From the NCBI GenBank assembly GCA_963829525.1, contig CAWHIJ010000003.1, forward strand, positions 384,001 through 448,000: a stretch of 64,000 nt of DNA. The letters run 5' to 3'. A program made the position numbers and the translations under genes. This DNA is from an uncultured Actinomycetota bacterium. Lineage in GTDB: Bacteria; Actinomycetota; Actinomycetes; JAHEKZ01. Shown here piece by piece: positions 1 to 9,323 of the stretch (the first letter of the stretch is position 1; each line of letters starts with the position of its first letter). The notes below the pieces were generated by a model. The model did not search any database and was not told where the DNA came from. It saw only the letters and a list, made by a program, of their open reading frames with translations.

Positions 1-1
1 T

Positions 2-880
2 GCCCCGGCAGGGCAGACAGCAGGGTCGTGTCAGGCCAAGGATCTGACCTCCGGTGCGACAGCAGGTGCGGACCTACAAAGCGTCATCGATGCCGCGAAA
101 TCTGGTGACACGGTCCAGGTCGCAGGTATCTGTTACGGGGGCTTCACGATCGGCAAGGACCTAAAGGTGGTCGGCATATCAACTTCCTCGACGGCTAATG
201 CGACGCTGGACGGCAGTGGTGTAACCAGGGTGCTTTGGCTCGGGGGGACGAGTCTGCCGACCGTCGTTCTGCGGGATCTCACACTCACAAATGGCCAGGC
301 CTCTTGCGGCGGTGGAATCCGAAATGCAGGTGGCACCGTCAAACTGACTGGCACGACTTCGGTGTCAGGAAACACTGCCGGTGATGGGGGCGGGATTTGC
401 AACGAGAAGGGTGCCGTCACTTTGCGTGGCTCGTCTTCGGTTCATGACAACGCAGCCACGTACTTCGGTGGCGGAATCGAGAGCAGTGGAGGCGAGGTCA
501 CATTGCGGGACTCGTCTTCGATTTCGGGTAACACTGCGACGTACTTCGGTGGCGGAATTGATGCGAGTCGCGTAACAGTCAGGATGAATGATCGATCATC
601 CGTATCGGACAATGGCGCTCGGTTCGGCGGAGGAGTCTACGCCTACCGTGGTGCGGTCACGTTGAATAACAAGGCTTCGGTATCCGCAAACAGGTCGAAA
701 CAGAGCGGCGGCGGAATCTATAGCAACCACAGCACAGTCACATTAAGGGCTTCGTCATCAATCACTAGAAATAGCGCCGACCGCCGCGGCGGCGGCATCT
801 TCAACTCCCGAGGTATCGTCCGGGTAAGGGACTCGGCTGTCGTCGTCAGGAATGCCCCAGATAATTGCGTGCACTGCTAG
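2..880 (+). CDS. Polymorphic membrane protein-like right-handed beta-helix repeat protein (5' truncated by window edge)
   Basis: Frame is open from base 2 (APAGQTAGSCQAKD...LQSVIDAAKSGDTVQVAGICYG). It carries repeated N-x-A...GGGI motifs with ~28-aa period and ends NAPDNCVHC. Confidence 0.75.
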   Translation, partial: APAGQTAGSCQAKDLTSGATAGADLQSVIDAAKSGDTVQVAGICYGGFTIGKDLKVVGISTSSTANATLDGSGVTRVLWLGGTSLPTVVLRDLTLTNGQASCGGGIRNAGGTVKLTGTTSVSGNTAGDGGGICNEKGAVTLRGSSSVHDNAATYFGGGIESSGGEVTLRDSSSISGNTATYFGGGIDASRVTVRMNDRSSVSDNGARFGGGVYAYRGAVTLNNKASVSANRSKQSGGGIYSNHSTVTLRASSSITRNSADRRGGGIFNSRGIVRVRDSAVVVRNAPDNCVHC

Positions 881-913
881 GCCCTGCCGACACCGGTGTG
901 CTGAACGGCGGGA

Positions 914-949
914 GTTGGGGGCCAGCACCAAGATGGTGAGGCCCCCAAC
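914..949. terminator. Hairpin between convergent genes
   Basis: GTTGGGGGCC...GGCCCCCAAC stem with inner CACCA/TGGTG stem. Confidence 0.55.
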
Positions 950-962
950 GACTTACCCGAGC

Positions 963-1349
963 TCAGGAGGCGAGTGCCTTCGCCTTGATCTGATCGAACT
1001 CCGCCTGGGTGATCGCCCCGCTGTCGAGAAGCCCCTTGGCCGATGTGATCTGGTCGCTGGCATTCCCCGATCCGGCGACGGACTGAATGTATGCGGTCTG
1101 TGCCTGCTGCATCTCTTTCGCCTGTTCCATCTGACGCTCTTGCATGCCATGCCCGCGGGCTAGGAGGTAGGCCAGGATGCCGAGCCACGGAATGAAAATC
1201 ACGAACAGCACCCAGAGGGTCTTTGCTCCGCCGCCTAGGTCCTTGCTGCGAAAGATGTCACCAAGAACCCAGAACAGGCACATGAACCAGGCGAAGAACA
1301 GGAAGAACTCGAACAGTGCGAGTAGGAATGAACCATTGTCGTCAAACAT
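963..1349 (-). CDS. SHOCT domain membrane protein with PLDc_N-like N-terminus
   Basis: Two TM segments (DIFRSKDLGGGAKTLWVLFVIFIPWLG), then C-terminal AKGLLDSGAITQAEFDQIKAKAL SHOCT motif. Start MFDDNG follows GAAAGG. Confidence 0.85.
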   Translation of the reverse strand: MFDDNGSFLLALFEFFLFFAWFMCLFWVLGDIFRSKDLGGGAKTLWVLFVIFIPWLGILAYLLARGHGMQERQMEQAKEMQQAQTAYIQSVAGSGNASDQITSAKGLLDSGAITQAEFDQIKAKALAS

Positions 1350-1472
1350 TCGGTGGCCTTTCGATGGGGTCGTTTCCGGCGTCCTAAGCGGATCGCGACG
1401 CATCTTGCCACAACGAGGGAACTGCGGCTTGAGGTGCGGTCAGGATGCCTGCCTCAATCACGCCCGCCCTAG

Positions 1473-2252
1473 TCAGCCGAGTTGTAGCTCGTCGCCCACC
1501 GAAATCTTCCCAGCGGTAACGACGTCGGCGTAGACGCCGAGGTTCAGCCCTTCCCCGAAGTCGTTCGGGGTCTGCCCTCGGTGCTCCTCGATGAGGCGCA
1601 GGGTCTTCACATCCCTGACGCCTGAGTCCGGGTCACGCGTCGTCGCATTGCACCGTGGCACCGGTCCGTGCACCCGAAGCTCGGTAGCGCCGATCCGCAG
1701 TGGGCGTCCCTTCCAGGTGTCCTCCGCGTACGCCTCGACTCCACTGAATCCGATCAACATGCGAAAGCGGCGTACGTCCAAGGTTCCATCGGGAGCGTGC
1801 TGACCGAGCTCCGCAACCGACTCGTCTGCGAGGAGCGTCACCGGGTGCTCGTCGAAGGCCGCTCCGGACGTCGCGGCTCGGACCAAGGTGAGTGGACGTT
1901 CTGCAGCTTCTGACAACCACTGGCTCCACGGCCCCTCAACCACGTGACCGGCCACCTCACGATCGTCGTAGAACTGCCCGACGACCGCCTGCCCGAGCGG
2001 GGTCAGAGCCTCCAGGGTCTGCCCGTCCGCGGACAGAAGCGTCAGGGTGTCGGTGTCACGGTCGAAGTCGGCGCGCCACGACGCGAAAGTGCCGATTCTC
2101 GTGATGGAGACCAAGGAGTGCTGATCATCGATCATAAAGAAATCGCGGTCACCGACCGCCCCGTTGCTGTCAAGGTCGACGCTGTCGACCGAGTGGAGGG
2201 CGAATCCCTTGACCGGCGTCGTGAACAACGTCGTTACTTGTGGCTTAGACAC
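1473..2252 (-). CDS. MOSC domain protein (YcbX/mARC-like molybdoenzyme)
   Basis: PVKG, GDRDF, RRFRM and PRCNATTRDP (conserved Cys), GVYADVVTAGKISVGD. Confidence 0.85.
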   Translation of the reverse strand: MSKPQVTTLFTTPVKGFALHSVDSVDLDSNGAVGDRDFFMIDDQHSLVSITRIGTFASWRADFDRDTDTLTLLSADGQTLEALTPLGQAVVGQFYDDREVAGHVVEGPWSQWLSEAAERPLTLVRAATSGAAFDEHPVTLLADESVAELGQHAPDGTLDVRRFRMLIGFSGVEAYAEDTWKGRPLRIGATELRVHGPVPRCNATTRDPDSGVRDVKTLRLIEEHRGQTPNDFGEGLNLGVYADVVTAGKISVGDELQLG

Positions 2253-2299
2253 CTCAGCAGCGTGCCATATCCATCACCGGCCCGAGAAGGGACCGGGCC

Positions 2300-3103
2300 T
2301 TACGTCGACTGCCCGCCGAAGGTGAACTCGGTCGACGTCAGCTCCACGGCCAGTCCGCCTCCGTCAGCGACCAATGTCGTGCCAGTCACATAGCGAGCCT
2401 CATCCGAGGCGAGGAACAGGCAACAGGCGGCCATCTCCTCAGGCGTTCCCGGGCGGCGCAGCGGAACGTCCGCCGTAGCTCGCTCGTACGCCTCCTGTCG
2501 AGTGATGTTCCTCTCGGCGCCCAACGCATCCATCGACCTGTCGCCCATCGGTGTCTGGACCCACCCGGGGAGCAGGGTGTTGGCTCGAATGCCCTTGCTC
2601 CCATAGTCAACGGTGATTGCCCGAGCGAGCGCGATGAGACCAGATTTTGAGACGTCGTACGCGGCAGAGGCAGGGGCTGCGGCGATTCCGGCGGTGCTCG
2701 ACACCAACACGATGGACCCGCCGCCCCGGGAAAGCATGACTGGAAGTACGGCGCGGGACATCATCATGGGGCCGCTGAGGTTGGTGTCGAGAGTGTTCTG
2801 CCAGTCCTCGTCAGTGACGTTGCCAACGGTGCCACCTGGCGCAATGCCGGCACTGGTCACCAGGACGTCGACCCCGCCGAAGTGGGAGGCGGCAGCGGCA
2901 ACCGCTTCCTGCACGTGGCTCAAGTCGCCGGTGTCTCCAGGAACGGCGAGGCCACCAACCTCTGTGGCAACTGCCTCTAGCAGTTCTGGACGGCGCCCCG
3001 TCACCACGATCTTGGCTCCCTCGGCTGCGAACCGACGTGCCGTCGCCGCGCCGATGCCCGAGCCCCCGCCGGTAATGAGAGCCACCTTGTTGTCCAGCCG
3101 CAT
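2300..3103 (-). CDS. SDR family NAD(P)-dependent oxidoreductase
   Basis: TGGGSGIG, YDVSK catalytic motif, PGWVQT. ATG at 3103 follows GAGGAG. Confidence 0.92.
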   Translation of the reverse strand: MRLDNKVALITGGGSGIGAATARRFAAEGAKIVVTGRRPELLEAVATEVGGLAVPGDTGDLSHVQEAVAAAASHFGGVDVLVTSAGIAPGGTVGNVTDEDWQNTLDTNLSGPMMMSRAVLPVMLSRGGGSIVLVSSTAGIAAAPASAAYDVSKSGLIALARAITVDYGSKGIRANTLLPGWVQTPMGDRSMDALGAERNITRQEAYERATADVPLRRPGTPEEMAACCLFLASDEARYVTGTTLVADGGGLAVELTSTEFTFGGQST

Positions 3104-3113
3104 GAGCACTCCT

Positions 3114-3141
3114 CTTGGTGTCTACTGCTTGGTGTCTACTG
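3114..3141. repeat. 14-bp tandem direct repeat CTTGGTGTCTACTG x2
   Basis: Directly visible immediately upstream of the SDR RBS. Confidence 0.7.
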
Positions 3142-3271
3142 CGCGATCGGTCTGTGCCTTGGTACGTCCTCCGGAACGGTACGCCGGACCGGGCGCCGTA
3201 GCGCGTTCGCCGCCGCTAGGCCGAGGTCGCGAGCGCTCGTAAGTGACATCACCGGTGCGAGCAAGGACACT

Positions 3272-3964
3272 TTGCGGATGGCGATCAATATGCGGGTCAT
3301 CGATCTGACGCGGCCGCTGGACGAGATGTCGTTTCTCTGGCCAGGCATCTCTCCGATCGTTGTCGAGTCGACGGAGACCATCGAGCGGGACGGATCCTTC
3401 TCGCGGCGGGTATCGCTCGACGAGCACAGTGGCACACACTTCGATGCCCCGAGTCACTTCAGCGAAGGCGCCGCTCACGTTGCTGACGTTCCGGCGGGTC
3501 AGCTGGTTCGACCGCTCCATGTCGTCGACTTCACCGTTCAGGCAAGTGCCGACCCAGATGCTGAACTGACCCCGAGCGACCTCAAGGAACACGAGTCAGC
3601 CCACGGATCGATTGACGCAGGATCTGTCGTCTTCTTGCGTACCGACTGGCCTGCGGTCTCGGGGTCTGAGTCGCTCCGATTTCCGGGGTTCAGTGTCGAG
3701 GCCGCGAATCTTCTGGTGGCGCGCGGGGTGGTCGGTCTCGGTACCGACACCTTGGGAATCGACCCCGGACACGCCACCGGATTCCCGGTGCACCGAGATG
3801 TCACGTTGCCCAGAGGCGTCTGGCACGTCGAGAACCTGACGAACCTTGGCGCGGTCCCATCGTCTGGCGCCTGGGCTGTGGTGGGTGTGCCGCGAGTAGC
3901 TGGGGCGTCTGGGTTCCCGGCCCGAGTGCTGGCGGTCGTCGTCACGGTTCGGGGAGCACAGTGA
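3272..3964 (+). CDS. Cyclase family (kynurenine formamidase-like) metal hydrolase
   Basis: HSGTHFDAPSH motif, GTDTLGID, ENLTNL. Exact start uncertain (3272/3278/3290). Confidence 0.88.
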   Translation: MRMAINMRVIDLTRPLDEMSFLWPGISPIVVESTETIERDGSFSRRVSLDEHSGTHFDAPSHFSEGAAHVADVPAGQLVRPLHVVDFTVQASADPDAELTPSDLKEHESAHGSIDAGSVVFLRTDWPAVSGSESLRFPGFSVEAANLLVARGVVGLGTDTLGIDPGHATGFPVHRDVTLPRGVWHVENLTNLGAVPSSGAWAVVGVPRVAGASGFPARVLAVVVTVRGAQ

Positions 3965-4376
3965 CGAGGGCAGCCTGAGCGCAATCGCCATCCTGGGCCC
4001 CGGTGCCGCCGCTGATGCCAAGCGCACCGGCGAGGACTCCGTCAGCAAAGATCGGAAGTCCACCAGCGTAGACAACGATGCGACCGCCCTCGGTTGATGT
4101 CAGTCCCCAGTCGCCACCACCTGGTTGTGACGACTGGTTCAAGTCACCGGAGGGCATCTGCCACAGGGCAGATGTGTAGGCCTTGTCTCTGGCGAGGCGC
4201 ATGGCTCCCAGTGGGGCGTCATCCATCCTGGCCGACGCGACCAGATTGCCAGCAGCGTCAGTGACCGCGACCGCCACGGGCAAACGCGCGGCTTCGCCAT
4301 AGGCCACTGCGGCTTGGACCAGTCGGAGTGCCGTCGCCAGGGTGATCTGGGGACGGTCTGTAAACGCATCGGACAT
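3942..4376 (-). CDS. GlcG/HbpS family heme-binding protein
   Basis: VAVTDAAG..RMD..ARDKAYTS..GGLPI..GALGISGG..QD. Confidence 0.88.
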   Translation of the reverse strand: MSDAFTDRPQITLATALRLVQAAVAYGEAARLPVAVAVTDAAGNLVASARMDDAPLGAMRLARDKAYTSALWQMPSGDLNQSSQPGGGDWGLTSTEGGRIVVYAGGLPIFADGVLAGALGISGGTGAQDGDCAQAALVTVLPEP

Positions 4377-4490
4377 GAGAACCTCCCAATCCAGACCCGT
4401 AGGCTCTGCCTAAGCGCACCGACTGACCCGGGCGGCCCAGTGGTCGTGTGTCGAAACCAACGCCCCTGAAGGGACAATGAGGATCTGCGA

Positions 4491-6017
4491 ATGGAATCGT
4501 TGACCATTGCGGGATACGCGAGCGAGCTTAGCTATTTCGCCGGCGAGTCTATAGCTCTGTGTTGCTCCACAAATGCACGTCAATTCTCAGTTGAGATTGC
4601 CCGGGTTGGCGGTACCCGAGAGATCGTCTGGAGCGACAACGCAGTCGAAGGCGTACTCCATCCGACGCCGGAGACCGCCTCCGAGGTCGGCTGTGGCTGG
4701 CCGGCATCGGTTGAGCTGACGGTTCCCGACCACTGGCGATCCGGGTACTACGAGGTCGTACTCCGCGCTGTCGATGAAGAAACAGGGCGGAGTGAAGAGT
4801 CGCTAGCTTTCTTCGTGATTCGACATTCGGGATCGACTCATCAGAAGGCACCGATCTTGCTGGTTCTGTCGACGAACACCTACAACGCTTACAACGACTG
4901 GGGCGGACCGAGCCTCTACACCGGTGCCGTGCGGGCGTCGTTCCAGCGGCCGATGGCTCGTGGTTTCCTGCGCAAGCCCGAGCCGTACTTGCGGTATCCA
5001 AACCTCGACGACGTCAACGACCCCGAGCACGAGCGCTTTCGCGCCTGGGCTGATTTGCATGGCCTGGCACGTTGGTCGGGATCTTCTGGCTGGTACCAGT
5101 GGGAACGACTGTTCATGCAGTGGGCCGAACGAGCTGGTTACGCCATCGATGTTGCGGTGAACGCCGATCTCGAGCAGCATCCGGAGATCGTCGATGGGTA
5201 CTCGATGCTCGTAAGCGTCGGACATGACGAGTACTGGTCGTGGGGGATGCGCGACACCGCCGAGGCATTCGTCGAGCGTGGTGGGAACATCGCCTTCCTG
5301 TCAGGCAATTCGGTGTGCTGGCAAGTCAGGTTCGAGGATGACGGACGCACCATGGTGTCGTACAAGGGTGACCCAGAGGCGGATCCGCTCTTCGGAACAG
5401 ACCAACAGCATCTGGTTTCAACGCTCTGGTGCTCGCAGATCGTCGGACGTCCGGAGAACCGCCTGACCGGATTGAGCTTCTCGCGGGGCGGCTACGTCCG
5501 GATGGGAAACGCGGTTCCCAAGGCATCGGGTGGATATACCGCGTGGCGTCCGGACCACTGGGTCTTCTCGGGGACGGGCGTGCACTATGGGGACCTGTTC
5601 GGCACGAAGGACTCGATCGTGGTCTATGAGGTCGACGGCTGTGAGTTCACCCATGCGGAAGAGGACGGGCTGCCGGTCCCGACGGGCCGTGATGGCACCC
5701 CTCGGGACTTCACGATCTTGGCTACCGCACCAGCCCGGCTCTGGGCCTTTGACGAGCTACCATCACGCTACCGCTCAAGTGAGAGTGGCGACCTGGAGGA
5801 GACCGCGGCGGCGGTTTTTGGCGAGGCAACCCCCAAAAACATCGCGCGGTTGGCCCACAACCATGCAGTGATGGGTCTCTATACAAGAGGAGGGACGGTG
5901 TTCAACTCAGGTACTACCGACTGGGCCTACGGACTCGCTGGGCATGACCCCGTGGTCACCCAGATCACTCGCAATTTGCTTGACACCCTTTCGCGCAGTG
6001 AGGCGCGCCATGAGTGA
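4491..6017 (+). CDS. N,N-dimethylformamidase large (beta) subunit-like protein
   Basis: GCGWP, WRSGYY, TNTYNAYNDWGG, VGHDEYWS, GNIAFLSGN, YEVDG, GTVFNSGTTDW. Confidence 0.82.
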   Translation: MESLTIAGYASELSYFAGESIALCCSTNARQFSVEIARVGGTREIVWSDNAVEGVLHPTPETASEVGCGWPASVELTVPDHWRSGYYEVVLRAVDEETGRSEESLAFFVIRHSGSTHQKAPILLVLSTNTYNAYNDWGGPSLYTGAVRASFQRPMARGFLRKPEPYLRYPNLDDVNDPEHERFRAWADLHGLARWSGSSGWYQWERLFMQWAERAGYAIDVAVNADLEQHPEIVDGYSMLVSVGHDEYWSWGMRDTAEAFVERGGNIAFLSGNSVCWQVRFEDDGRTMVSYKGDPEADPLFGTDQQHLVSTLWCSQIVGRPENRLTGLSFSRGGYVRMGNAVPKASGGYTAWRPDHWVFSGTGVHYGDLFGTKDSIVVYEVDGCEFTHAEEDGLPVPTGRDGTPRDFTILATAPARLWAFDELPSRYRSSESGDLEETAAAVFGEATPKNIARLAHNHAVMGLYTRGGTVFNSGTTDWAYGLAGHDPVVTQITRNLLDTLSRSEARHE

Positions 6018-7110
6018 GGTGGGACTGCTTCCGGTACTGCGCGTGCACGGATCACACCGCGAGGCGGGACAGCAGATTGGCGAGTCCTGCGCCACGGCTG
6101 TTCGAGCCGCCATCGACTTTGGTCCGGATTCGGTGCCCCGTGATGGCCGGACCCTGGCTGAACAGTTGGCGCTGGCAGCTGAGTACCGGGAGTTCACCGC
6201 GCAGCGATTGCCGTACTTGGTCGAAGAGCTCGACGGCGTCGCTGAAGCGGCCGGAGTTGACCCAGTTCACGTCTTCGCCGCATCCATTGAAGAGATATGG
6301 TCGTCCGATGATGACAGCTCCGACGCTGGCGGCGGTTCTGTTTTCGGCACCGAACGTGGCCGTTGCAGCGACCTGGTAGCTGGGCCACCCGCTACAGCGA
6401 ACGGTGCGCTGCTTGTCGCCCACAACAACGATCTCGATGCGAAGGTCGAACCTGGTCTAACCGGCATCGAGTGGAACATCGATGACGAACCACGGATGTT
6501 TACCATCGGCATAGGCCCCTGGATCAGCGTGGGATGGAATGCAGCAGGAATTGTTCTGAGCGGAAACGAGCTTGCGCCCAACGACAACCGCCTTGGCATT
6601 CCACGTCTGCTTCTCGTGCGTGAGCAACTGCGCCAATCCACGATCGCCGGGGCTACCGCCGCAGCGCTGCACCCCGACCGGGCCTCCGCGTACAACACCA
6701 TCTTCGCTGATCGTGATGGCGAGGTCGTCAACATCGAGGGTTCGGCCACCGATTCGACCACCATGACTCTCAATAGTGCAGGCACGTTCGTGCACACAAA
6801 CCACTATGTGTGTGACCCGATGCTCGGTTACGAGGCTGATCACGCCTACGCGGCGCATTCGGCAGTCCGACTGCGGCGAGGCGTCGAGCTGCTTGGTCGG
6901 GCGGCGACCACCCAGGGTTCGATCACGCAGGAAGTGTTGATCGAAATGCTGAGTGACCACGAGAACGCTCCGGACTCTCTGTGCCGTCATCCAGTCACGG
7001 GCAACAGCACCAAGACGGTGTTTTGGTGCGTAACAGACGTCAAGTCGTCCGAAATCACTTTTGGTCGCGGTAATCCGTGCAACTCAATACCGCAGGTCTT
7101 CAAGTTCTGA
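6010..7110 (+). CDS. C45 family autoproteolytic acyltransferase/amidohydrolase (Ntn hydrolase)
   Basis: GRCSD nucleophile Cys, AHNND, HTNH, SLCRH. ATG 6010 overlaps the upstream gene end. Confidence 0.85.
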   Translation: MSEVGLLPVLRVHGSHREAGQQIGESCATAVRAAIDFGPDSVPRDGRTLAEQLALAAEYREFTAQRLPYLVEELDGVAEAAGVDPVHVFAASIEEIWSSDDDSSDAGGGSVFGTERGRCSDLVAGPPATANGALLVAHNNDLDAKVEPGLTGIEWNIDDEPRMFTIGIGPWISVGWNAAGIVLSGNELAPNDNRLGIPRLLLVREQLRQSTIAGATAAALHPDRASAYNTIFADRDGEVVNIEGSATDSTTMTLNSAGTFVHTNHYVCDPMLGYEADHAYAAHSAVRLRRGVELLGRAATTQGSITQEVLIEMLSDHENAPDSLCRHPVTGNSTKTVFWCVTDVKSSEITFGRGNPCNSIPQVFKF

Positions 7111-7216
7111 GGCGTCCAGTCAGGTTCTGCGCAACGCCACACTGGGCGGCGTGTGGCACTCACACGGCAGGCCAGAGTGCCGATAGGCTGCCGAGGTCGC
7201 TTCTGAGGAGGACGAG

Positions 7217-7917
7217 ATGTCTGACATGACCCCGCCGCCACCCCCGCCACCCGCCGCCACCCTGGCTACGGCGCTCCCGCTCCGCAACCCGGCGGAGGTC
7301 AGCTGGATGCGGTGGCCGCCATCAGGTACGGGTGGAACGGTCTGACGAAGAACCTTGGACCGCTGATTCTGATCACCTTGGTGATTGTTGCCGTTCAGCT
7401 CGCATTCTCCATCGTTGGTGGGGCGTTCGATGGCTGGCTGCTGATCATGACCTGGAACATCTTCACCACTATCGTGGGCTTCATCCTTGCCATGGGACTG
7501 ATCCGCGCGTCCCTGTCGGTGGTCGACGGGCGCACACCTGATGTGGGAATGCTGTTTCGCGCTGAGGGCCTCGTGCCTTACGTGATTGCGTCGATCCTGG
7601 TGGGCTTGGCAGTCGGCGTTGGATTGATCCTGTGCATCATCCCCGGTCTCATCGCAGCCTTTCTGTTTGCTTTCTACGGATACGGAATCGTGGACGGGCG
7701 TACCGAGGACGGCATCGAGTCCATGAAGATGTCGTGGAATCTGGTCGCTTCGAACGTTGCCCCCATGCTGCTCCTGTTCCTGATCGTGATTGGGATCAAC
7801 ATCGTTGGCCTCCTCCTTTGCGGCATCGGGCTCCTCTTCACCTATCCGCTGACCGCGGTTGCCTTCGCCTACGCCTGGAGAACCATGAGTGGCGGCACAG
7901 TCGCGCAGATCGCGTAG
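7217..7917 (+). CDS. Pro-rich N-terminus integral membrane protein (apparent frameshift ~7240-7260)
   Basis: RBS GAGGAG + ATG 7217 gives MSDMTPPPPPPP. The protein continues in another frame as PGYGAPAPQPGGGQLDAVAAIRYGW... with LCIIPG and LLCGIG TM motifs. Confidence 0.75.
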
Positions 7918-7964
7918 GCGTCGGGTCAGGCAAGGGCGGGCCGCGGTGCGGCGACATCTGGGCG

Positions 7965-8831
7965 ATGACAACTGAGGGTGGCGAAAGTTCTGCGCTCCGC
8001 TACCAGCGGGCGCTGGCGGCTTCCCGTGAGCTGGCGGCCGCTCAGCGTGCTGCCGCAGAGGCCGGAGAACACCGAGTCAGAGCCGAGATAGAGCTCGATA
8101 GACAACTGCGTGCCTTGCGAGAATGCTCCGGCGTTGGTCCAGCGACCTGGTGGCCGCGGCTACGAGGTCTGCTTGCCGACCGGCAGCTCTCCGCAACAGA
8201 AGCGGTCAGGCGGGCACGTGGGGAGGCGGAAGCTGCAGCGCTTACTCACAAGACCGTCGTTGAGCGACTTCTGCTTGTGCAGGCGTGGGCAGATGACCTG
8301 CCCGCGGCACGCGAGACTGCCGCCGCTTCTCTCACTGGGGCAAACGCTGAGCCCGCCAGGGCCCTCCTGTTGGAGGCCGACGAGCTGTCCAAAGCACTCT
8401 TTACGGCACAGTCGGCTCATCTCTTGGCTACTCGGGTCTGCTCCGAGCTGTCGACAGCATCTCGTTGGTCGACGTACGACACCTTCTTGGGGGGAGGGGT
8501 CGCTTCCTCGGGGATGAAGCACCTCTCGATTGACTCGGCCAATCCTTCTTCGCAAGAGCTTGTGAGCCTCTTAGCTGGGTTGCGCACCCAACTGCAGGAT
8601 CTTGGGGCGCCCACGGCCTACTTCGGAGTTCAGATGGACGACAGCGCCGCATCAAGGGATGTATGGGCTGACGACGTCTTCTCGGATTGGGAAATGCACC
8701 AGAGAATCGGGGACTCGAGGAAGCGTGCCACGCGTCTTGTCGTGGGCTTGGATCAACTCATTGCCCGATTGGGTGAGCGCCGCATGACGGTAGTTGCCCG
8801 CTTGGATGCCTTGATCGCGACAGGCGGGTGA
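7965..8831 (+). CDS. Hypothetical coiled-coil protein
   Basis: Ala/Arg-rich helical ORF with conserved-looking WSTYDTFLGGG..SSGMKH and DVWADDVFSDW. Confidence 0.6.
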   Translation: MTTEGGESSALRYQRALAASRELAAAQRAAAEAGEHRVRAEIELDRQLRALRECSGVGPATWWPRLRGLLADRQLSATEAVRRARGEAEAAALTHKTVVERLLLVQAWADDLPAARETAAASLTGANAEPARALLLEADELSKALFTAQSAHLLATRVCSELSTASRWSTYDTFLGGGVASSGMKHLSIDSANPSSQELVSLLAGLRTQLQDLGAPTAYFGVQMDDSAASRDVWADDVFSDWEMHQRIGDSRKRATRLVVGLDQLIARLGERRMTVVARLDALIATGG

Positions 8832-8854
8832 TAGCGGGAACGGCTGAGCGGTGA

Positions 8855-9256
8855 CTAGTTGTACTTGGTGACGTCGCGGCCATGCACTGTGAGAGCCCAG
8901 ATAACGAACACAGCGATCGTGATGAAGATGACTCCCCAGATCGGGTACCAGGGCAGCCAGGCGAAGCCGATGAGCGCGCTGACGCCGGCGATGGTCACGG
9001 CGACCGTCCTGGCCCACACCGCACCCTGGAAGAGGGCGAGGCCAGCCAGCAGCACGAGGATCCCAAGTAGGAGGTGGACCCATCCCCAAGTGGTCACGTC
9101 AAACTTGAACACATAGTTGCGCGTGGCGACGAAGAGCTCGTCGCCCAAGATGCCGACGAGGCCGGCCATGAACCAGAAGGTGCCAAGCAGCAGCATCATG
9201 ATCCCGGCGAACCAAGTCCAGCCGACTGCTGCCTCGCTTCGGTGCTCTCCAGTCAC
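8855..9256 (-). CDS. DUF7144-like small 4-TM membrane protein
   Basis: GWTWFAGIMM..DVTTWGWVHL..WARTVAV..PWYPIWG..IWALTVHGRD. Confidence 0.8.
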   Translation of the reverse strand: MTGEHRSEAAVGWTWFAGIMMLLLGTFWFMAGLVGILGDELFVATRNYVFKFDVTTWGWVHLLLGILVLLAGLALFQGAVWARTVAVTIAGVSALIGFAWLPWYPIWGVIFITIAVFVIWALTVHGRDVTKYN

Positions 9257-9323
9257 TTGGCTCTCCGATCATCTGCGGCATGTGCCCCAACAGGCCGCCG
9301 CTCGCGGCTTCTCGACGATGACT

